From: Pyrolobus fumarii 1A
Lineage (GTDB): Archaea > Thermoproteota > Thermoprotei_A > Sulfolobales > Pyrodictiaceae
Assembly: GCF_000223395.1 (NCBI RefSeq)
Contig: NC_015931.1
Coordinates: forward strand, 840,001-872,000
Length of the DNA stretch: 32,000 bases
Direction of reading: 5' to 3'
Position 1 is the stretch's first letter. Every line of letters starts with the position of its first letter. Positions 24,474 to 32,000 of this stretch are shown one piece after another. Below the pieces are notes generated by a model. It ran no database searches, was not told the DNA's origin, and was given only the letters and a program-made list of their open reading frames with translations. The translations under genes and the position numbers were made by a program.

Positions 24474-25331
24474 ATGGATGTTGTGGTTAGAAGGCCTGCG
24501 GTCGCCGGGATGTTCTATGAGGCTGATCCAGAGGCGCTGAGATCGCAGATAGAGTGGTGTTTCACTCACACACTGGGTCCAGGTAAGCTTCCGCCGCGTG
24601 GAGGCGGAAGTGAAAGGCTGAGTGTTGGATTTGTCTCGCCTCACGCTGGGTACATGTATAGCGGGCCAGTGGCCGCTCATGTATACTATCAATTGGCGCT
24701 CGAGAAGAAGCCAGACACGGTTGTGATAGTAGGCCCGAACCATACCGGCCTAGGGACGCTGGTATCGGTGATGGTTGAGGGTGTGTGGGAGACGCCACTA
24801 GGCAGAGTAGAGATAGACTCGGAACTCGCGAAGTTGATAGTCAAGTATAGCGACTTGGCCGACATCGATGATAAAGCTCACTTGTTCGAACATAGTGTCG
24901 AGGTGCAGGTGCCATTCCTGCAATACATCTATGGGGACGAGTTCCGCATAGTGCCAATTGTAATGTGGGATCAGACTCCGCGGGCAGCGCGTGACCTCGG
25001 AGAAGCGGTGGCGAAGGCGGCGGCTGAACTAGGCAGAGACGTCATATACATAGCTTCAAGCGACTTTACACACTATGAGCCGCACGAGGTTGCTGCGAAG
25101 AAGGATAGGCTGGCGATTGATAAGATACTTGCACTCGACCCGGAGGGCCTTCACGAGGTCATACAGCGCTATGATATCAGTATGTGTGGGCCGGGCCCCG
25201 TAATGAGCATGCTCTACTATGCTCGGGCGCGTGGGGCATCCAACGCGCAGCTGCTAAAGTACGCCACTAGTGGCGACGTGACTGGCGATCGCAGCTCGGT
25301 AGTAGGCTATGCCGCGATAAGGGTCTACTAG
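24474..25331 (+). CDS. MEMO1-family protein (AmmeMemoRadiSam system protein B)
   Basis: AGMFYEADPEAL, SPHAGYMYSGPVAA and HSVEVQVPFLQ motifs. The start is the ATG at 24474 (a TTG at 24462 is possible). Confidence 0.85.
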   Translation: MDVVVRRPAVAGMFYEADPEALRSQIEWCFTHTLGPGKLPPRGGGSERLSVGFVSPHAGYMYSGPVAAHVYYQLALEKKPDTVVIVGPNHTGLGTLVSVMVEGVWETPLGRVEIDSELAKLIVKYSDLADIDDKAHLFEHSVEVQVPFLQYIYGDEFRIVPIVMWDQTPRAARDLGEAVAKAAAELGRDVIYIASSDFTHYEPHEVAAKKDRLAIDKILALDPEGLHEVIQRYDISMCGPGPVMSMLYYARARGASNAQLLKYATSGDVTGDRSSVVGYAAIRVY

Positions 25332-25364
25332 GCTCCCGTGTACCCCTCGGTGAGCCTCTTGAGC

Positions 25365-26171
25365 ATGAAGAAATCGTACAAGCTACCCATACCACTCCTA
25401 GGTTTGCCGTTAAAGGGCAGACATAACCCAATACTAGTCGCGCTAAGCTCTACGCCTCTGGTAGACGTTGAAGTCGAAGTAGAGGAGTCTAACGCGCCTA
25501 GTGTGAGTGTAAATGGCGAGCCTAGACTAGGATGGAGAGGCGAGCTAGCCCTCAAATCTTTCGTTGATGAGCTATCAGCGAGACTTGAGCAACCGCTGCG
25601 TTTCAGCGTCTACTACCAGGCCAGAGGATTCCACGTAGCAGGAGTCTATGCGATACTGACCGTGGCTCTAGTTGAGGCTGTAGCGGAAGAAGGCGGGTAC
25701 GAGATGGAGCCCGTCGAGGTTGCTGAGGCTGCAGACAGTATTGATTGGGATGCGGGAGTCGAGTTGGATTATATTGATGCGTGTAGGAGGGCAATAGTAC
25801 TTGAATCAAGTATCATATTCCGTAAAGGCGAAGAGCCGATCAAAGTGTCGCTCGCCGGTGGTAAGGTCGAACTCGTAGGAGAAGAGGAGCTGGGTGACGT
25901 CATAGAGGAGGAGCTTGGGGAAGAAATCCATACCGCATTGTCGAGACTAGTTGGGTTGAGTGTAGCCGTATGGTCAAGGGGCATAGTAGAGAAAGGATGG
26001 GAGGCGATTAGAAGCATCTGGAGGCTCGCCTCTAGGCTGGAGAATGGGCTCTACTATGCGTTGTTTGGCGTAGCTCCCCCACCGGAGGGTTGCAAATGGA
26101 CACCAGGACTGCAGACGGCGTTCGGCGTGTGTATCGATGTGGGTGAAGGACAGACGATAGATGTGGCATAG
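25365..26171 (+). CDS. Hypothetical protein, possibly a degenerate GHMP-kinase-like fold
   Basis: ORF of about 268 aa in the slot directly upstream of the isopentenyl phosphate kinase gene. The segment ARGFHVAGVYAILTVALVEAVAEE sits where GHMP kinases carry PxGSGLGSSAA, but the Gly/Ser loop is absent. The fold assignment is a weak impression only. Confidence 0.45.
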   Translation: MKKSYKLPIPLLGLPLKGRHNPILVALSSTPLVDVEVEVEESNAPSVSVNGEPRLGWRGELALKSFVDELSARLEQPLRFSVYYQARGFHVAGVYAILTVALVEAVAEEGGYEMEPVEVAEAADSIDWDAGVELDYIDACRRAIVLESSIIFRKGEEPIKVSLAGGKVELVGEEELGDVIEEELGEEIHTALSRLVGLSVAVWSRGIVEKGWEAIRSIWRLASRLENGLYYALFGVAPPPEGCKWTPGLQTAFGVCIDVGEGQTIDVA

Positions 26172-26239
26172 TGTTGCGTAGGGCGTACATGCTAAGTCCG
26201 ACCACAGTTTAGACCTGTGACGTTCTCCGGTAGGGCAGT

Positions 26240-26995
26240 GTGGCCCGCCCATTGCTCGTTGTGAAGCTCGGCGGCAGCATAATCACTGAAAAAGAGCAGC
26301 CATTCACACCTCGACTCGATCTTCTCGAAGAGTATGCCGAAGTGCTCAAGAAGATAGCTAATGTGTATGACCTCGTTATAGTCATAGGCGGCGGTAGTTA
26401 TGGACACTATGCTGTACGTGCTTGTCGGGAGGCTGGTGCCTCGCCACCCGAGACTCTGCATGTAGTTACAAATGCAATGCTCGAGCTTGCGATGCTTGTG
26501 TCCGAGATGCTCGCCTCTCACGGCCTCTATACTATCATCTACCCTCCACGAGCATTCTGTAAGCCGCGCGGCTTAGAGCCGAATTGTGAATGGAGGCGTG
26601 TGCGTGACGCTCTCGCTTCGGGGGCATATCCACTTGTCTTTGGCGATGCTTACCCCATACAAGGCGAGTATGGGATTGTCTCTGGTGATGAGTTGTCAAT
26701 AGAGGCTGCTTGTAAGCTTGGTGGCCAAATTGTAGTGTTTACCACCAACGTACCGGGGGTAATTATCGGTGGGGAGGTTGTTGACATGCTTGATAGGGAG
26801 AAATTGGAGTATGCCCTGAAGACTGCTGGTGGGACACAAGGTGATGTAACAGGAGGGATGAGAAGAAAACTGGAGGCTATACTCGTGAATGGCTGTCCAG
26901 GTCTCCGTGTACACATTATAGACGGTAGGGACCCCGCTAACCTTGAGAAGGTTGTGTTGCGGGGCGAGAGGATAGGGACGCTAGTTATACTCTAG
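26240..26995 (+). CDS. Isopentenyl phosphate kinase
   Basis: Amino-acid-kinase fold with LVVKLGGSIIT, and IGGGSYGH matching the IPK GGGSFGH signature. It lies adjacent to type-2 IDI and GGPPS. GTG start. Confidence 0.8.
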   Translation: MARPLLVVKLGGSIITEKEQPFTPRLDLLEEYAEVLKKIANVYDLVIVIGGGSYGHYAVRACREAGASPPETLHVVTNAMLELAMLVSEMLASHGLYTIIYPPRAFCKPRGLEPNCEWRRVRDALASGAYPLVFGDAYPIQGEYGIVSGDELSIEAACKLGGQIVVFTTNVPGVIIGGEVVDMLDREKLEYALKTAGGTQGDVTGGMRRKLEAILVNGCPGLRVHIIDGRDPANLEKVVLRGERIGTLVIL

Positions 26996-27025
26996 CTAGC
27001 CTCGGCCTCAGCGGGAGGAGCCACA

Positions 27026-28150
27026 TTGCGAATATCCAATAGGAAACTTGACCACCTCTTGATAACAACCTACTATGACGTTAACCATAGCGTGACTACT
27101 CTGCTTGAAGAGGTTCTACCTGTACCACGTGCAGCGCCCGAAGCGAGTCTAGACGAGGTTGACCCGAGTATAACACTGTTTGGTAAGAGGATCGCGGCGC
27201 CAGTGATAGTCTCGGGCATGACGGGCGGACATCATATAGCATTAGAAATTAACCGTGCGATAGCTGAGGTTGTAGAAGAGCTTGGCCTGGGGATGGGCGT
27301 TGGTAGTCAAAGAGCAGCGGTAAAGGACCCCTCTTTAATAGACACCTACCGTGTTGTTCGTCGTGTTGCACCGAATGCATTGATAATAGGTAATATTGGT
27401 GCTGCACAGCTCGCGAAGATGAGTATAGATGATGTTGAGAAGCTAGTCTCTATGATAGAGGCTGATGCCCTTGCGGTGCACCTTAATGTGCCTCAGGAGC
27501 TGTTCCAGCCGGAAGGCGATAGAGACTTCCGTGGTGTGATAAAAGCTATCGAGAAGATTGTAGAAAAATTGAGTGTGCCTGTTATCGTGAAGGAGACCGG
27601 GCACAGCATAGACCCCGTTACGGTATCAAAACTTGTTAGCATTGGTGTGGAGTACATCGATGTTTCTGGTGCCGGTGGTACTAGTTGGGTGCGCGTCGAA
27701 GAACTGAGAGCGCGTAATGCTGGCGAGGCTAGCCTGGCTAGAGAGGCGAGCGTGTACCGTAACTGGGGGCTGCCTACAGCTGTGGCTATAGTGGCTGCTA
27801 GGTGGGCAGCACCCACAGCTTGTATACTGGCTGGCGGCGGAGTATGGAACGGTCTAGACGCACTACGAGCGCTGATGCTCGGTGCTGATGCTGTTACTGT
27901 GGCTTTGCCGGTGCTGCGTGCATATGCGGATAACGGTGTTGACGGAGTAATGGCGTTCCTCTCGCGGTATGTGAGTGAGTTGAGGAAGGGTATGCTAATG
28001 GTTGGCGCTCGTACACTACGTGACTTGTACGCAACTGATTATGCTTTGGGGCCGAGGCTATCATCGTATATCGAGAGTTTAGGCATTGACCCAGAGCTGT
28101 ACAAGTATGCCAGCCGCGCTAGGCTTTACACGAGTAGAGCATGCCCCTAA
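27026..28150 (+). CDS. fni: Isopentenyl-diphosphate delta-isomerase, type 2 (FMN-dependent)
   Basis: RKLDHL N-terminus, VIVSGMTGG, VIVKETGHSI and SGAGGTSW motifs typical of IDI-2. TTG start. Confidence 0.9.
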   Translation: MRISNRKLDHLLITTYYDVNHSVTTLLEEVLPVPRAAPEASLDEVDPSITLFGKRIAAPVIVSGMTGGHHIALEINRAIAEVVEELGLGMGVGSQRAAVKDPSLIDTYRVVRRVAPNALIIGNIGAAQLAKMSIDDVEKLVSMIEADALAVHLNVPQELFQPEGDRDFRGVIKAIEKIVEKLSVPVIVKETGHSIDPVTVSKLVSIGVEYIDVSGAGGTSWVRVEELRARNAGEASLAREASVYRNWGLPTAVAIVAARWAAPTACILAGGGVWNGLDALRALMLGADAVTVALPVLRAYADNGVDGVMAFLSRYVSELRKGMLMVGARTLRDLYATDYALGPRLSSYIESLGIDPELYKYASRARLYTSRACP

Positions 28151-28165
28151 CATTGGGGCTCTGGC

Positions 28166-29158
28166 TTGCTGCAGGAGCGGATGAGGGAAATAGCGCGGCT
28201 GGTAACCGACTACATACTAAACGTGGTGAAGGGAACACCACAACAGCTGTACGACGCAGCGCTTCACTTGATAAAAGCTGGTGGTAAGAGAGTCAGACCC
28301 TTCATAGTCATAACTGTTGCTGAGGGCCTTGGTGCTAGTAGGGAGGCTGCTCTCCCGTTCGCAGCTGCGGTTGAACTCGTCCACAACTTCACCCTTGTAC
28401 ACGACGACATCATGGATCGTGACGAGTTTAGACGCGGTGTGCCTACTGTGCACAAGTTATGGGGTGAGCCCCTGGCAATAACAGCCGGTGACTTGTTATT
28501 CGCGAAGGCGTTTGAGGTGCTAGGCGAGGCTCTCGAGAAGGGCGTACCGGCTAACAGGGTAGCCGAGGCGTCAAGGCAGCTAGCGCGGGCCTCCGCCATA
28601 GTCGCTGAGGGTCAAGCTCTTGACCTGCTATTCGAGGATCTAGAGAGAGTTTCGATGGACGACTATATTGACATGGTGTATAGGAAGACTGGCGCGCTCT
28701 TCGAGGCTTCGGCGGTGCTCGGCGGCCTCGTAGCGACAGACGATGATGAGACGCTGAGCGCCCTTGCAGAGTATGGTAGGAATCTCGGAATAGCATTCCA
28801 GATACGTGATGATATACTTGGCCTCACGGGCGACGAGAAGATACTGGGCAAGCCTGTATACAGTGATATACGCGAGGGCAAAAAGACGATACTGGTGATA
28901 TACGCGTTATCGAAGCTTGATGGTGATGCCAGGGAGAAACTACTCTCTGTCCTTGGTAAGAGGGGTGCGGCAAGAGAAGAGCTTGAGGAGGCCGCCCGTT
29001 TGATAATAGAGACTGGCGCGGTAGAATACGCCGAGAACGTCATGAAGGATTATGTTGGGCGTGCAAAAACAGCGCTGGGCAAGATAGACTTCGTGAATAG
29101 TGATGCGAAGAGGCTACTCGAAGAACTCGTAGACTTTATCGTGAAGCGCGAGAAATAG
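28166..29158 (+). CDS. Geranylgeranyl diphosphate synthase (trans-polyprenyl synthetase)
   Basis: First and second Asp-rich motifs LVHDDIMD and QIRDDILG, and KRVRP near the N-terminus. The start is the TTG at 28166 or the ATG at 28181. Confidence 0.88.
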   Translation: MLQERMREIARLVTDYILNVVKGTPQQLYDAALHLIKAGGKRVRPFIVITVAEGLGASREAALPFAAAVELVHNFTLVHDDIMDRDEFRRGVPTVHKLWGEPLAITAGDLLFAKAFEVLGEALEKGVPANRVAEASRQLARASAIVAEGQALDLLFEDLERVSMDDYIDMVYRKTGALFEASAVLGGLVATDDDETLSALAEYGRNLGIAFQIRDDILGLTGDEKILGKPVYSDIREGKKTILVIYALSKLDGDAREKLLSVLGKRGAAREELEEAARLIIETGAVEYAENVMKDYVGRAKTALGKIDFVNSDAKRLLEELVDFIVKREK

Positions 29159-29201
29159 CCCTCTTTTAAACCCTTGTAGCGTCTCTACTTCTCTCGGGGT
29201 C

Positions 29202-29714
29202 GTGGTGGAGCCTAGAGATAGAAGGAACCCCTACCTGATACCAAGGCTTTACATTGAAGGAATTAAAGGCGATGAGTATCTCGTTGAGAGCGGTGAGGGA
29301 GTTTACAAGAGAAGCAAGAGTTGTCCAAGTGGCTCCAGGTGCTATGGTAAAGCGATATACGGTGTAGAGTTGGACTCGATACTTGACTTGTTGGAGAAGA
29401 AAGTTAAGCGCTCTTTCATAGTTGAGCCTGGCGATAAGCCCGGGGAGGGTATCCTGGTAGAGAGTGGTGTGCATGCAGAACCTATACCGGTGTCGGGAAA
29501 GAGGGCTGTCATTGAAGTACTGGAGGGTGACGAGGTTAAGGAGGGTGATGTGCTGGGCCTCATAGTGACTGGCAAGTATGAGTTGCGTAAAGTGCGTAGC
29601 CATGTTGATGGCATCGTTGTCTACATCTACTCGTCGCCCATGGGGCCGCCGGACGAGAACATAGTGTTCATAGTCCCCAGAGACCAGGTAAAGAGAATCA
29701 AAATTGAAGAGTGA
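29202..29714 (+). CDS. Hypothetical protein with a biotinyl/lipoyl-like hybrid-barrel C-terminal half (DUF2118-like)
   Basis: VLEGDEVKEGDVLGLIVTGKYELRKVRSHVDGIVVYI follows the hybrid-barrel pattern (GD.L....K....V.....G.V). I see no clear biotin or lipoyl acceptor motif. GTG start. Confidence 0.5.
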   Translation: MVEPRDRRNPYLIPRLYIEGIKGDEYLVESGEGVYKRSKSCPSGSRCYGKAIYGVELDSILDLLEKKVKRSFIVEPGDKPGEGILVESGVHAEPIPVSGKRAVIEVLEGDEVKEGDVLGLIVTGKYELRKVRSHVDGIVVYIYSSPMGPPDENIVFIVPRDQVKRIKIEE

Positions 29715-29856
29715 GGACGTCTGATACACGTTGATGTCGTGCCTAAAAGTGTGGTTAGCCGCGCCCCGCCGTCTTTCGGGATTTTGTGCGTGACTAGTGT
29801 GAATCGTGAGTGGGGGCAAGGGTATTCTCTCTAAGGCTTTGTGAAGAGTACTGGGT

Positions 29857-31629
29857 GTGATTGTGAGTTTCGATGAGCGTGAGGTGCGTGAGGTTGCCCG
29901 CGCTTATGCATTGTTGAATGCAGTGCAGCATGGAGGCAAGGCTAGCGTGGGCGCGGTCATGGGCAAGGTGATGGCTGAGCGACCGGAGTGGCGTAGTGTA
30001 GCACGTCAGATTGTTGGTATTGTACGCGAGGTTGTAGAGGAGGTTAACAAGCTGAGTCTCGAGGAGCAAAAGAGGTTACTTGAGGAGAAGTACAGTTGGG
30101 TGCTTGAGAAGACGCGTAAGCCGCGCGCTGAGGAGAAGAAACTACCGCCTCTACCGGAAGCCGAGGAGGGCAAAGTAGTAACCAGGTTTGCACCTAACCC
30201 AGATTTCGTCATACACCTTGGGAACGCGCGTCCAGCTATACTTAGCCACGAGTATGCAAGAATGTACAAGGGCAAGTTTATCCTCCGCTTTGAAGACACA
30301 GACCCAAGGACCAAGAGACCGATGATAGAAGCGTATTCTCTCATCAAGGAGGACTTAGAATGGCTTGGCATCAAATGGGATGAGGAGTATGTGCAGAGCC
30401 TCCGCATGGAGATATACTATGACATAGCTCGGAAGCTCATAGAGAAGGGTGGAGCATATGTTGACGACCAGCCTGCAGAAAAGTTCCGAGAGTATCGCGA
30501 CTCGGGCAAGCTGGCTGAGTATCCACCCAGGAGGAGAAGTCCAGAGGAGAACCTAGAGCTGTGGGACAAGATGCTTGAAGGTGCATTTGGTGAAGGGGAA
30601 GCCGTACTGAGGGTTAAGACCGATCCCTCACACCCCGACCCATCTGTGCGCGATTGGGTAGCATTCAGGATAATAGATACGAGCAGGACGCCACACCCCC
30701 TTGTAGGCGACCGCTACATAGTATGGCCCACATACAATTTCGCAGCTGCAGTTGACGATCATCTAATGGGTGTGACGCACATTCTACGAGCCAAGGAGCA
30801 TATGCAAAACACCGTGAAGCAAAAGTTCCTCTACCAGCACCTAGGCTGGAAGTATCCACATGTAATACACTTCGGGCGCTTGAAGCTAGAAGGCTTCATA
30901 ATGAGTAAGTCGGTCATGAAGAAGCTGATGGAAGAGGGGTTCTTCCTCGGCATCGATGACCCACGATTTGGCACTATCGCAGGACTGAGGAGGCGTGGTA
31001 TCGACCCAGATTCTATCCGGAAACTCATCCTCGACGTGGGCGTGAAGGGCACAGACGCGTCAATAAGCTATGCAAATCTTGCAGCTGTCAACCGCAGCAT
31101 AATAGACCCGAAAGCCAAGAGGTTCATGGTTGTGTTTGACCCGGTGGAGGTAGTAATCCAGGGCATACCGGGGCGCATAGAAGCAAACATACCATTTCAT
31201 CCTGAGCGACGCGAGATGGGATCAAGGGTATTGGTGCTCCCTGCGGGTGAAGCTAGGGTATACCTGCCAAGGCGGGATATCGCGAAGGTTGGCGTGGGTG
31301 GGTGGATTAGGCTAGCCGAGGCCATCAACATAGAGATAGTCTCGATGGATGGTGACAGGGTTGTTGCCCGCTATAAGGGTACTAGTCTGGATGAGGCGAG
31401 GGCGAGACGTGCGCCAATAGTGCAGTGGGTGCCGGCAGGCGATGTAGTAGAAGTTACAGTGTTCATACCCGAGGGTCTAAGGTTGCGCGTTGAGAAGGGG
31501 GTTGGTGAGCCTGCTCTACGTGAAGTTAAGCGGGGTGATATAGTGCAGTTCCTTCGTGAGGGCTTCTATAGAGTAGATGCTGTTGCGGCGGAGCAGAATG
31601 AGGTCGTAGTTATATATGCCCACGATTGA
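29857..31629 (+). CDS. gltX: Glutamyl-tRNA synthetase, archaeal type
   Basis: Class I HIGH-type motif (RFAPNPDFVIHLGNARPA), KMSKS-type motif (IMSKSVMKK), and WPTYNFAAAVDDHLMGVTHILRAKEH, typical of the GluRS/GlnRS core. 590 aa, GTG start. Confidence 0.92.
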   Translation: MIVSFDEREVREVARAYALLNAVQHGGKASVGAVMGKVMAERPEWRSVARQIVGIVREVVEEVNKLSLEEQKRLLEEKYSWVLEKTRKPRAEEKKLPPLPEAEEGKVVTRFAPNPDFVIHLGNARPAILSHEYARMYKGKFILRFEDTDPRTKRPMIEAYSLIKEDLEWLGIKWDEEYVQSLRMEIYYDIARKLIEKGGAYVDDQPAEKFREYRDSGKLAEYPPRRRSPEENLELWDKMLEGAFGEGEAVLRVKTDPSHPDPSVRDWVAFRIIDTSRTPHPLVGDRYIVWPTYNFAAAVDDHLMGVTHILRAKEHMQNTVKQKFLYQHLGWKYPHVIHFGRLKLEGFIMSKSVMKKLMEEGFFLGIDDPRFGTIAGLRRRGIDPDSIRKLILDVGVKGTDASISYANLAAVNRSIIDPKAKRFMVVFDPVEVVIQGIPGRIEANIPFHPERREMGSRVLVLPAGEARVYLPRRDIAKVGVGGWIRLAEAINIEIVSMDGDRVVARYKGTSLDEARARRAPIVQWVPAGDVVEVTVFIPEGLRLRVEKGVGEPALREVKRGDIVQFLREGFYRVDAVAAEQNEVVVIYAHD

Positions 31630-31656
31630 GGAGAGATAGTATGAACTAGGTGAGCA

Positions 31657-32000
31657 ATGATAGACATGATGCTAAGCGACACACTGTTGGTGGCTTTAGC
31701 GGCTGGTGGACTAGCTGCTCTTTTGACGTCTGTTGGCGCGCTTCTTGGCATACTATTTGGTTTATCCAGAGTCAAGCCTGAAAGGTTCCTAGACGTGGGA
31801 TTGGCGTTCAGCGCTGGTGTAATGATTGTTGCGAGTTTTACGAATCTGCTTATGCCCGCTATGGAGGCGTGGAGTGCGCCACCGGCAATCCTCGGGCTTA
31901 TAACCGGAGTTGTTGCGATGATAGCTGTGCACGTGATGTTACCGCACGAACATACAAGGAAGGAGGCCTACGAGGGACCATACTGGGGGCGTAAGCTACA
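31657..32000 (+). CDS. ZIP-family divalent metal transporter, 5' partial, runs off the window
   Basis: My own translation from the ATG at 31657 is MIDMMLSDTLLVALAAGGLAALLTSVGALLG...LAFSAGVMIVASFTNLLMPAMEA...HVMLPHEH. It has hydrophobic TM helices and a ZupT/GufA-like LAFSAGVM...LLxPA pattern. There is no stop before the window ends, so it is absent from the ORF track. Confidence 0.65.
   Translation, partial: MIDMMLSDTLLVALAAGGLAALLTSVGALLGILFGLSRVKPERFLDVGLAFSAGVMIVASFTNLLMPAMEAWSAPPAILGLITGVVAMIAVHVMLPHEHTRKEAYEGPYWGRKL

Noticed and set aside
1-32000. CRISPR arrays, IS elements or transposases, integrases, toxin-antitoxin pairs and long direct repeats
   Set aside because: A visual scan found no regularly spaced repeats, no DDE, tyrosine or serine recombinase-like ORFs, and no small paired ORFs. 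The region reads as core genome.

Overview
This window looks like a gene-dense core chromosomal segment of a hyperthermophilic crenarchaeon. The order (Desulfurococcales/Pyrodictiaceae-like) is an inference from four things: the Cdv cell-division genes, archaeal-type enzymes, frequent GTG/TTG starts, and tight or overlapping gene junctions. I saw no tRNA or rRNA genes, CRISPR arrays, transposases, integrases or obvious defence island.

Most ORFs are housekeeping:
- Translation and tRNA modification: metG, gltX, rps15, rpl15e, and an archaeal MiaB/MtaB-like methylthiotransferase.
- Central and purine metabolism: tpiA, purA, purP.
- Cell division: the ESCRT-type pair cdvB-cdvC.
- Ion and phosphate handling: a lone pstS, the fluoride pair crcB-DUF190, and a partial ZIP transporter.
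- Isoprenoid cluster: a MEMO-like gene, an unknown ORF, isopentenyl phosphate kinase, type-2 IDI and GGPP synthase.

Three things deserve a second look.
1. A translationally coupled HerA-family ATPase and NurA-family nuclease lie without Mre11/Rad50. A divergent SWIM zinc-finger gene sits beside them, the pair is convergent with cdvBC, and a second, more divergent NurA-like gene lies 4 kb away.
2. There is a set of box C/D sRNAs that is invisible to an ORF track. Two are textbook examples and bracket a glycerophosphodiesterase gene. Two of the sRNAs have their D' box built on the stop codon of the host CDS. Two guides from different sRNAs are mutually complementary. One guide matches a conserved 23S rRNA motif as I recall it.
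3. There are GC-only structured intergenic elements upstream of rps15 and between two sRNAs.

The HerA/NurA/SWIM module is the best candidate for an under-described system. I cannot show from the sequence alone that it is novel. All functional calls come from motif recognition by eye, and no searches were run.
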